Virus record (IMG/VR): IMGVR_UViG_3300042935_001795
Location: 25,643-89,642 of that record
Direction: 5' to 3' (one strand)
Source of the DNA: a virus
Length of the DNA: 64,000 bases
Made by a program: the position numbers and the translations under genes. The notes under the pieces were generated by a model. The model did not search any database. It was not told the DNA's origin and saw nothing but the letters and a program-made list of their open reading frames with translations. Positions 47,385 to 56,029 of the stretch are shown here, piece after piece. Each line of letters starts with the position of its first letter. Position 1 is the stretch's first letter.

Positions 47385-48215
47385 TTAAGAATGGAACATC
47401 CAGTCGGTACCTTCGTCGCTTTTAATTTCTTCAATTAATGAAGATAGTTCCTCTTCACCAAGTCCTTTAATTAGGTCTGGATTAATTTGAATATTTCCAG
47501 GAAGAGAGAATCCAAATATTCCAAGTTTTTGTCCTAATGAGATTTTAATCTTCGCAGAGCAATATCTAAAAAATGCTTCATCTCCGAATAGAGCGCATTC
47601 CGGAATTGTTTGGTAAACCTTTAAAATAGTATCTTTTTTAGGAGTTTCTCCCATAAATTTTAATTCGTGAGTAAGTTGACTATAGTGGAAACTATAAGGA
47701 TTTTTAAAAATCTGTCTAGCCATATCAAAAAACATTTCATTGATTACGTAATATTGTAAATTTTCTGCAGCCTGTCCGGTTTTAGAACCTCCGTATATTC
47801 CACCCATTAACATTCTCTCAATTGCGAAATCTCCTTGAGTAAAGTTAATATCCATACTTCCACCCCAGGTATTTCCTCTTTCAAGCACTGCAAATACTGA
47901 AAATATTTCACCACCACCGGTTGTCGGATTCATTCCTGGCAGGGTAAAACTTCTAGTTAATTTAAAATGAGGCGTGTCAAACATCGCCGCTGGAATTACC
48001 AAGAAGTTTTCTTGAACTGAATACTCGTAATTTTTATAAAACCATTTCTTTGCTCTTTTAACTATATTTTGAACCTCTGTTTTTGGAAGATTCATTGGAA
48101 TCATACATGAACCTGTTATGTCAGCCGCAAGTTCATCTACAAATTTATTAAAACAGTCCGTATCCCATGTCGGATCTAGTAGACTTGAATTTCCAATTGC
48201 TGTTATATCACTCAT
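47385..48215 (-). CDS. Neck/head completion protein (T4 gp13-like)
   Basis: C-terminal RYCSAKIKISLGQKL...LPGNIQIN...G.EEL..L.EEI. Confidence 0.8.
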   Translation of the reverse strand: MSDITAIGNSSLLDPTWDTDCFNKFVDELAADITGSCMIPMNLPKTEVQNIVKRAKKWFYKNYEYSVQENFLVIPAAMFDTPHFKLTRSFTLPGMNPTTGGGEIFSVFAVLERGNTWGGSMDINFTQGDFAIERMLMGGIYGGSKTGQAAENLQYYVINEMFFDMARQIFKNPYSFHYSQLTHELKFMGETPKKDTILKVYQTIPECALFGDEAFFRYCSAKIKISLGQKLGIFGFSLPGNIQINPDLIKGLGEEELSSLIEEIKSDEGTDWMFHS

Positions 48216-48230
48216 CTTTTTATTTTATTT

Positions 48231-49523
48231 TTATATTGCTCTAGACTTAACAATTTCAACATCGTTAAATTTAGCCAGTTTTTTATCAAACGAACCCTCT
48301 CTAAAGATTCCTCCATTCATTGTTCCTTTAAATGTTCCTTTTCCATATACATAACAGTCGTTCGCAGTACATGTTCCATGAACATATGAACCGTCTAATT
48401 TGGAACTATTAATTTGAGTTGATTGATAGAAATTACAATAATGAATATCAGAACCACTAACGTCGCATCCGTATATATCACATTCGGTAAATTCTCCTCT
48501 TAGGAAACAACTTACAAATTCATACCCTCTAAGGTCAACACAATATTCTAAACGACCTCCGTTTACTTGAATTTTACCAGAATCAGAATCATAGTTGATA
48601 TGTCCCTTACTAAGGTCTCCGTGTGTAAATAATCTCATCACACTACTTTTAACTGCATTCCAGTATAAGTCAACTACTTTAGGATCGTCTTTCAAATCAA
48701 CGGTAAACTTGACGTTTTTCCAATTATCTTTGATCGTTTTCCAGTCCCTTCTAGCGTCGATTATTCTTTGATTATCTGCAACTATCTTTTTTAATTCAAT
48801 TGCATTTAATTCCGTAAAGTCTGGATTTTCAGTTGATTTCCATAATTGAAGTAAGAAACGGTCAACTAAATAGAGAATTGTAGTTGTTTTCTTTTCCCAG
48901 TCTTTTCCTCCAATATAACGGAATTCAAGATAGTTTTTATGTCTTTTATCAAAATTTATCCCGTAGTATTTTGTATCAGGGTAAATAAAATTCTGTTGAT
49001 TGATATGTTTTCCATCAAAGAAATATGTGTCCTCTTTTGGTAGGACAAATTTGATAGATTTTGCGTATGCTGAGTTTTCTCTTTTAGGAAAGAATTTGAA
49101 TACTTGCTCTTCATTAAAATCTAAAATGAATTTAAGAACGTTCATCTTAGAGATACGATACTTGTTTTCAATTTTTGATTTATCAAATGAAAGATTCAAA
49201 TGTATTGAAGACCTGTCATTTGTATATCCATTCTCTTGAATCCATTGACAAACATTAATTATCATTAGTCGAGCGGCGGTGTATGGAAGGGCTCCAGTAA
49301 CCAATTCAAGAAGTTTTGCTCCACCTGACATATCAGGCTCTATTTTAAATTCATCACGAGTTACTTCAAAATCACTATGTGCTTTGTCCTCGACATGAAT
49401 CTTTTTGCCAAGTAATTTTGCAAGTTTTTTTGCAGTATCTTCAGCACTGAAATTTGAGTAAAATTCAAATTCAACACCAACAAGGGCATTTTGCAAAATA
49501 TTAGATTCATTCAGATTATTCAT
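48231..49523 (-). CDS. Putative amidoligase (COOH-NH2 ligase) with C-terminal beta-solenoid-like repeats
   Basis: GVEFEF, EPDMSG, LELVT, SSIHLNLS, KYYGINF and YLEFR. Cys/Gly-rich five-residue periodicity at the C-terminus. Confidence 0.8.
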   Translation of the reverse strand: MNNLNESNILQNALVGVEFEFYSNFSAEDTAKKLAKLLGKKIHVEDKAHSDFEVTRDEFKIEPDMSGGAKLLELVTGALPYTAARLMIINVCQWIQENGYTNDRSSIHLNLSFDKSKIENKYRISKMNVLKFILDFNEEQVFKFFPKRENSAYAKSIKFVLPKEDTYFFDGKHINQQNFIYPDTKYYGINFDKRHKNYLEFRYIGGKDWEKKTTTILYLVDRFLLQLWKSTENPDFTELNAIELKKIVADNQRIIDARRDWKTIKDNWKNVKFTVDLKDDPKVVDLYWNAVKSSVMRLFTHGDLSKGHINYDSDSGKIQVNGGRLEYCVDLRGYEFVSCFLRGEFTECDIYGCDVSGSDIHYCNFYQSTQINSSKLDGSYVHGTCTANDCYVYGKGTFKGTMNGGIFREGSFDKKLAKFNDVEIVKSRAI

Positions 49524-49575
49524 TCAATTTAGATATATTAACTTAAGTTAGATTATATATCCAAGTAAAAAATAA

Positions 49576-50385
49576 CTATACCATAGAATCCCGTTTTGCC
49601 TGTAGTTTTTTAAGTTCTTTTTGCCAATTAACTACATACTTTAATTTCCATTCAATATTCATATGCTTCCATGATGCTATTTTACGAGCAATTCCATTTT
49701 CACGTTCTGAATTATAGAATGCCTCATTGTCATTATAATTTTTAGCGGCTTCTCTTTTTACAATGTCAGACCATGTTGGCCATTCATACCAAGATTCTTT
49801 TGGATCGTCTTTAATGGTTTGAATGATTTCAGCATCTGTTAATTTAGAATTTGTATTGGCATCTTCAGATGTTTTTTTAATTCTTATTTCATAATCTCTG
49901 ATTTCTTTGCTAATTTTTTCAATTTTAGACATTTTCTTAATCTTCTCAGAATATTCTTTAGCAATTTCGGTAGCTCCAGTTTTTGGAAGGTTTGTTTTAA
50001 CAATATATCTATAATGAAGTCTTTGGATATTATGTCCTCCTGCGTAAATTGCTTCAGTTGCAAAACTATAAGTAGTTTCTCCTCTTTGGATTTGAGAAGC
50101 TATCTCAATATTTCCTTTAGCGCTCTTACGAACATTCATTGATAACAGTGAATCGGTTGGTAGTGTATACATTTCAATAGATTTAACCATATCATAGGTT
50201 AAATTGATTCTAGCATACTCTCTGTCATATTTGGTAAACTCCTGTTTAAAAGTCTCTACAAACCATTTTTCGGTTGCAGCTAGCATCTCAACGATGGTAG
50301 GCTCCAACGAATCTAAAATAACGTTAACAATATTGTCTTGATTTGACTCATTTAAGAATTGTCCGTATGTTTTAAATTTGTTCAT
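49576..50385 (-). CDS. Putative internal head protein with capsid-targeting tag
   Basis: Starts MNKFKTYGQFLNE. Both class I and late promoter motifs lie upstream. Confidence 0.6.
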   Translation of the reverse strand: MNKFKTYGQFLNESNQDNIVNVILDSLEPTIVEMLAATEKWFVETFKQEFTKYDREYARINLTYDMVKSIEMYTLPTDSLLSMNVRKSAKGNIEIASQIQRGETTYSFATEAIYAGGHNIQRLHYRYIVKTNLPKTGATEIAKEYSEKIKKMSKIEKISKEIRDYEIRIKKTSEDANTNSKLTDAEIIQTIKDDPKESWYEWPTWSDIVKREAAKNYNDNEAFYNSERENGIARKIASWKHMNIEWKLKYVVNWQKELKKLQAKRDSMV

Positions 50386-50411
50386 GTTTTATATATCTGT
50401 TTTAATTATAA

Positions 50412-50453
50412 TGTAAATATAAACAAAAAAACCCAGACTTAAAAATCTGGGTT
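50412..50453 (-). promoter_or_regulatory. Terminator hairpin plus class I promoter module (copy of 5476-5517)
   Basis: AACCCAGA/TCTGGGTT hairpin, T-run, then TTATATTTACA. Confidence 0.7.
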
Positions 50454-50481
50454 GTTAATTTTATGTTAAAGTTATTAACAA

Positions 50482-51696
50482 TTATAGTTTCAAGAATACT
50501 TTGCGGGTTGCAACATCCATTCTTGTAATCTGAACCGTGATACTATCATTCTTTGCAAGTGAATCTACTTTAACATTATCAGGAAGCTCTGAAACGTGAA
50601 GTAGTCCAACAATTCCATCTCCAACATCTACAAATACTCCGTAATCTTTTACAGATTTTATTGTACCTTTAACTTCAACTGGAAAGCTTTTGTATTTAGT
50701 TGCAACATCAGCCCATGGATCGTTAATTTCGACATGCTCTAATTGAGTCAACGTTATTTTATCATTGTTGATTATTTCTTTAATCTTAAACTCAATAACA
50801 TCGCCTGGATTAATTTCTCTAGCCTTATGTTTTCTTGCCATTTCAGGGTTTAAATCATTTGCATGAATCATTCCAGTTAAACAATTATCAAATTCAACAA
50901 ATACCCCGTATTTAGTAGAACCCGTTACGTTACCCTCTTTAGTTTCTCCAGGAGTATTTCTAAGGTCTTCAATAGCATTTGGAATAAGTGCTTGAAGATA
51001 CTTTCGGTGAGATACAATTACTGTTCCTTTTTCAGGAGAGTAGCTCATTGGTACAACATACATTTGAGTGTTAATTACAGAACCAAAGTCTGCGAGTTTA
51101 TTAATACCAGCAAGGGATCCTGGCATAAAGCAATCAACTCCTTGTACATTAACAAAGTAACCTCCACCTGGAATCATACTTGTTACAGTTCCCATATACG
51201 CGGTATTTCCATTTTCAGCAGATGCTAAAATATCTCTTAAAGTAGCGGCTTTAATACCAGCTTCTACAGAACCTAATACAAATCCTCTAGTACTTTTACT
51301 TTTTTCTGCGGTAATTTCAACTGCAATTTCAGTTCCAGGAACTAATCGTGCTCTTGAGATTGCAGATTCTTTTGACAATTGGACATACACCATTTCTCGA
51401 TATCCAATATCGATAGATGCCCATTCCATGTCTACTGCGTAAACTTTACCAGTGTGCATTTCTCCAGCATGTATCGCATGTGTTTGATTATTTTCACTCC
51501 AGTGACTTTCCATTAAATTAAGAAGTTCTTGAGCGTACGGTTCTCTTGAATACACCTTAACACCTTCTGGCGCTTTTACATGGTGGTTTATCTTTCTAAG
51601 AGTAGATGGACAATCTGCAGAATACAAATCCCAATCGAAGTTAGAGATATCGTTAGATTGATTCTCTGTTTGTTTAGTTAAAACGTCTTGTGACAT
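50482..51696 (-). CDS. rpsA: Phage-encoded 30S ribosomal protein S1 homologue (four S1 domains)
   Basis: D1 GKVYAVD...IDIG, D2 GGYFVNVQGVDCFMPGS...VIVSHR, D3 KYGVFVEF...GMIH, and DPW linker to D4 DYGVFVDVGDGIVGLLHVSEL. Confidence 0.88.
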   Translation of the reverse strand: MSQDVLTKQTENQSNDISNFDWDLYSADCPSTLRKINHHVKAPEGVKVYSREPYAQELLNLMESHWSENNQTHAIHAGEMHTGKVYAVDMEWASIDIGYREMVYVQLSKESAISRARLVPGTEIAVEITAEKSKSTRGFVLGSVEAGIKAATLRDILASAENGNTAYMGTVTSMIPGGGYFVNVQGVDCFMPGSLAGINKLADFGSVINTQMYVVPMSYSPEKGTVIVSHRKYLQALIPNAIEDLRNTPGETKEGNVTGSTKYGVFVEFDNCLTGMIHANDLNPEMARKHKAREINPGDVIEFKIKEIINNDKITLTQLEHVEINDPWADVATKYKSFPVEVKGTIKSVKDYGVFVDVGDGIVGLLHVSELPDNVKVDSLAKNDSITVQITRMDVATRKVFLKL

Positions 51697-51743
51697 TATT
51701 TTTATTTTAAAAGGTTAATAAATTATTAAATTATATATTTGTT

Positions 51744-54038
51744 TTATAAGGCCAATGGTGAAAAACCGATCATTGGAACAGGACCACCGGGTGTCGGTAT
51801 TTGTCCATTGTATAAAAACTTTAATTCTAAAAGATGTTTTGCACATGATACTGCAACTGCCGCGGAAACTGCTTTAGTAGCTGTTTGTAGAGTTGGCTCC
51901 ATTTTAAATCTTTTACCAGTATTCCATGCCTTTCTTAAATCTGCACCTAACTTTGCTTCACTTCCATAATATATTGGAATGTACTTTCCAGGGGAGGGTA
52001 TTAGACATGGTAATATAGGAGGGGCTGCAGCAAACGGCTGTACTGCCGTAGATTTCCAATAGTCAATAATACATTTTGACATTACGCAGTACGGATCATC
52101 AGCTCCACCTGGATTTTCAGCCTTTTTATTATCTTCTGCTATTTGATTAATATGTCTTATTTTTAGGTCTCTATATTTAACCTTTTCAATCTCATATTTA
52201 GTTAACTTTGCATTTATACGGCCTGGTTCGGTTCTCTTAGACCATTGGCTAAATGTTTCATTTCTTGAATTATTTCCATTATAGTTACCGTAATTAACGT
52301 AACCATTATTATAACTAGTAGTATTAGCTGCAATTATTGGATTTTTACTTGGTGCTCCTTTTTGATTATTATCAATTCCTTTAACATAGCTAAATACACA
52401 TATTATTCGTGATGTAATCCATGACGGAACGTTATCAGGTCTATCGCTATGCTCTTCTTGGAATATTCTATCATTAGAATATTTTTCTTGTTTAATTTTA
52501 TTTTTAAGTTTTATTGCACGAAGAGCCAATACTGTCAATTCTCTATTTAGTATATCTTCTTTTCCATCTGAATTACGATTACGGGTATTCAAAACCGATA
52601 ATTCTTTTAGATTTATCTTAACTTTAGCCATTATAAATTCAATTGAATCAATATCTTTAATATTTTTAATATTTTTATTTGCAATATTAATATCTATAAG
52701 TCGCAATTCTACTGCAAGTTCAAGATTTAACCTTTCAATTGCCTGATTTCTTGAATCAGGCTTATATTCAGAATTGTTTAATCTTCCAATAGCTATTTCA
52801 ACCCTTTCTATATAGATTTTTGCTTTAATTACTTCAATATATGCATATTTTTTTTGAATCTCCTGTGCCGCAATTAGTTGTTCATTTTTTTTAGCGTTAT
52901 ACGAATATACGGGTTTATTAAACACGTCATACGCTGCTTCTACCTTTTTTAAAGCGGTTTTAGCAGCATCTAATGAATATTGAGAATTAAAAATACTAAT
53001 ATTTATTGGTTTATTTGTGCTTGCGTTTGATATAGAAATTCCAGCAACTTTGGCTTCATTTTTTATAGATGTAACTTCTTTGTCAAAAAAATCTAAAGCT
53101 TTTTTACTTACTTTTTTGGCTAAATCTCCATGGTATGAAAGTCTATTAATCCAATCTAAATATTCTTCGGTTCCATCATTTTCATAAAGGACTCTATTTA
53201 AAAGTTCATCGACCTTTTGAGCTTCAGTCATTGGTTTTACAAGTTGAAAATTTGGAGAAGGAGCAACTGCCGGATCAACTTTAACTTCAACTGCTCTTGA
53301 ATTTTCTTTTATTTCTATAGAAGCACTTCTATTAATATTTTTAATTTCTGCCATTTTAGATGCATCCATTGCACTAATAAAAGTATAATCATATTTGCCA
53401 GGATCAGTAGGAGCCAAGAACCTTACAACTCCCTGACTATCAGAAGTCAGTGTTGGTTGTATGATTCCATTTAATGAATATGTAAATTCGTATGGAGAAG
53501 TTCCATCGCCACCAAAAACTGACATTGTTACATATCGAAGTTCCGGTTGTCTATCGACATTTTCGGAAGTAATTGTTTCAGGAATTTCAGAACTAATGCC
53601 GATATCTCCAAAAATATTTATTTCCGGAACAATTGGCTTTGGAATTATACATGTTGTAGGAAACAGGGGGTAGAATTCGAAGGGCGTTATTGTTTGTTTA
53701 TTCTTTATGGTCCACTCTTCAAAGTCACAATCTGGATTCATACTTAAATCTATTCCAGGAAGTCTTTGAAACATGTCATCGTATAGTGGGTTTCCAAATT
53801 TATCTTCTAATTGAGGTTCAAGAGATTTGAATAACATATTGAACGCCTTTTTAAACCCAGCTTCAAGTATAGGTTTTTGTCCAGATTTATGTAAATTTCC
53901 AAATGGAGTTTGTGCAGTTTTAACAGCATTAAAATATTCATTAGCAACAAACGTACCAATATCATCTGGACCTTTAGAAGTTCTACTGGCCAGTTTTTTG
54001 GAAAGGTTATTAATAAATATTGGCCACTGTGCAGGCAT
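51744..54038 (-). CDS. Mosaic hypothetical protein downstream of the gp5-like gene, probably virion-associated
   Basis: 764 aa with an Ig-like segment (GGDGTSPYEFTYS), an AT-rich coiled-coil insert and a C-terminal PTPGGPVP. Confidence 0.55.
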   Translation of the reverse strand: MPAQWPIFINNLSKKLASRTSKGPDDIGTFVANEYFNAVKTAQTPFGNLHKSGQKPILEAGFKKAFNMLFKSLEPQLEDKFGNPLYDDMFQRLPGIDLSMNPDCDFEEWTIKNKQTITPFEFYPLFPTTCIIPKPIVPEINIFGDIGISSEIPETITSENVDRQPELRYVTMSVFGGDGTSPYEFTYSLNGIIQPTLTSDSQGVVRFLAPTDPGKYDYTFISAMDASKMAEIKNINRSASIEIKENSRAVEVKVDPAVAPSPNFQLVKPMTEAQKVDELLNRVLYENDGTEEYLDWINRLSYHGDLAKKVSKKALDFFDKEVTSIKNEAKVAGISISNASTNKPINISIFNSQYSLDAAKTALKKVEAAYDVFNKPVYSYNAKKNEQLIAAQEIQKKYAYIEVIKAKIYIERVEIAIGRLNNSEYKPDSRNQAIERLNLELAVELRLIDINIANKNIKNIKDIDSIEFIMAKVKINLKELSVLNTRNRNSDGKEDILNRELTVLALRAIKLKNKIKQEKYSNDRIFQEEHSDRPDNVPSWITSRIICVFSYVKGIDNNQKGAPSKNPIIAANTTSYNNGYVNYGNYNGNNSRNETFSQWSKRTEPGRINAKLTKYEIEKVKYRDLKIRHINQIAEDNKKAENPGGADDPYCVMSKCIIDYWKSTAVQPFAAAPPILPCLIPSPGKYIPIYYGSEAKLGADLRKAWNTGKRFKMEPTLQTATKAVSAAVAVSCAKHLLELKFLYNGQIPTPGGPVPMIGFSPLAL

Positions 54039-54069
54039 ATTGAGTTAATTTATAGGATATTTATCCCAA

Positions 54070-54789
54070 TTATTTATTCTTTTGCTGATATGTTATATGT
54101 GAACTTTTAAGACTTGAAACTGTCGAAGGAGTCGGTGGAGAAGGAGGACCTGAAGGGCCCGTTGGCGTTGGATGTATATGCGCTTTATAATCATCTAATA
54201 ATTTATTTAACCATTTCTCTAGAGAGACTCCGCGAACTGCAGGCTCAGCCTCATTTTCGCTTCCCTCTCCGGTATTACTTAAGAATATGTTTCCAGAATC
54301 AAGGAATATTTTTTCACTTGTTGAAATTTTAATAAATCCCTTTTCATCAATTTGAATTAATGGACGTTCTTTAGCTCCGGTTCCTCTTGTAATTACCAAT
54401 CCATCTTCAGGCGAATGATAGATTCTAATATTTCTTACTTCGTCGTATATTAATGAAACAACATTATGCGCTGCACCAGATTTATCAAGAACATCTGCTT
54501 TAAGGGCTTTGCTTTGGTTAATCTGAAACCAATATTCAGGGTGATAGAGATTTCCATTGTCAAAACGAACTGCAACTACAGTTCCTACATTTGGAGTATT
54601 GTGCGCACCTACAAGGTCTCTATTCATTGGCGTTGCCCATGGAATAGCATCATTTGGTAGTTTATCAAACTTACCAAACACCTTAACCCTGCATCTTCCC
54701 CAATTCTTTGGATCTGCGTTATCTACAACTTCACCTATCCAGTGAGTTTCTCTAAGGTTATCCTTTTCTAATTCGGTATCTGTCGCCAT
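54070..54789 (-). CDS. Baseplate central spike (gp5 N-terminal OB-fold/gpV-like)
   Basis: WIGEVVDNADP...GRCRVKVFG...IPWA.P and C-terminal HIHPTPTGPSGPP. No lysozyme domain. Confidence 0.88.
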   Translation of the reverse strand: MATDTELEKDNLRETHWIGEVVDNADPKNWGRCRVKVFGKFDKLPNDAIPWATPMNRDLVGAHNTPNVGTVVAVRFDNGNLYHPEYWFQINQSKALKADVLDKSGAAHNVVSLIYDEVRNIRIYHSPEDGLVITRGTGAKERPLIQIDEKGFIKISTSEKIFLDSGNIFLSNTGEGSENEAEPAVRGVSLEKWLNKLLDDYKAHIHPTPTGPSGPPSPPTPSTVSSLKSSHITYQQKNK

Positions 54790-56000
54790 TATTTATAAAT
54801 GTTACCTAAGTTATTAACTGCTGCTTTATTAAGTCCTTGTCCTATTGTAGTACCCGGTAGGATTCCATATACATTTGCTTTAATAGCTGCTCCTATATTT
54901 CTACCTGCTACGACTTCATTTAATGCAGTAGTAGAAGCTTGATCTGCCCTTCTTACAACATTTTGAAATACATTTTCAAATTTAGGAATTCTATTAATTG
55001 TTTCGTCTTTTAGCTTTTGAAGTAATTCCGCCTTCTTTTTTTCGGCAAGCGCCTTAAGGTCTTCTTTTGCACTCGCGACTGCGCTATCAATTTTACCTTT
55101 TATTTTATCTTTAGCAAATTCAAGAGGAGTTTTTGATTCATTTGAAAGCATTTCTTTGTCAGGGGCAGGAGACAATTGAGCTTCTGCGTAGCTTTGCGTA
55201 ATGATTGCATTCAATACTCTTGCCTCTACCTTTTCAATTTTTTCATATTTAATACTAAGTGCCTCTTTTGCCATCTCAGGATTTTTACTAAGATCTGCAA
55301 AAATAGTAGTTCCGGATGCTAAATCAAACTCACAATATTTTGCTCCTATTAAAAAGTAAGGACGACCTTCTGGTCCAGAAATACCTGCATTTTTATTTTC
55401 AACATCAATTTTTGGCTTAAAATTACCGGGAAACCCTGTTATTACGCTTTTATCCATTTTTTTAGGAATTCCATTTACCTTTACATTTTCTACAATTGCA
55501 ATTGAACGTACTTCAGTAACGTATACCCACATTCTAAACTTTCTTAAGTTGGCGGGAATTATATAACTCCATTTTCTCTCATCGAATATTGCTCTTCTAT
55601 ATAAGTGCATTAAACCTGAAATTGTAAGATTTAAAGATTCTAAGGTTTCAATTTCAAATTTTGCATCATCACCTCCAATATATGCGTTTAAAGGATCGTA
55701 TTGTTGTAGTCTTTCAAGTCCCTTAAATGATTGCCAAAACCAAGGCAATTCAGTATTAATTGTTTGTAGAGTTTTTATAAAATTCTGTAAATCATTTAAT
55801 CTTTCTGCATAAAATGTGCTTCCTTTGTCTCTATCTGCCAGATCTTTTAAAAATGCCTCAGCCCCTCCAGCAAGAAGTGGCGAACTTTCTATATCATAAA
55901 AATCGAATAATAGAGCAAAAGAAAGGTACGTTGGATCTTGGTAAGGGTATTTCTTATAGGAACCCTTTCTAAAATCCATTGTTGTTTTAAAATCTGACAT
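54789..56000 (-). CDS. Putative baseplate-tail tube junction protein (gp54-like)
   Basis: Lies between the spike and hub genes with a tube-fold-like pattern. Late promoter motif at 56004-56012. Confidence 0.5.
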   Translation of the reverse strand: MSDFKTTMDFRKGSYKKYPYQDPTYLSFALLFDFYDIESSPLLAGGAEAFLKDLADRDKGSTFYAERLNDLQNFIKTLQTINTELPWFWQSFKGLERLQQYDPLNAYIGGDDAKFEIETLESLNLTISGLMHLYRRAIFDERKWSYIIPANLRKFRMWVYVTEVRSIAIVENVKVNGIPKKMDKSVITGFPGNFKPKIDVENKNAGISGPEGRPYFLIGAKYCEFDLASGTTIFADLSKNPEMAKEALSIKYEKIEKVEARVLNAIITQSYAEAQLSPAPDKEMLSNESKTPLEFAKDKIKGKIDSAVASAKEDLKALAEKKKAELLQKLKDETINRIPKFENVFQNVVRRADQASTTALNEVVAGRNIGAAIKANVYGILPGTTIGQGLNKAAVNNLGNIYK

Positions 56001-56029
56001 GTATTATATATTATTTTTATTTAACGGTA

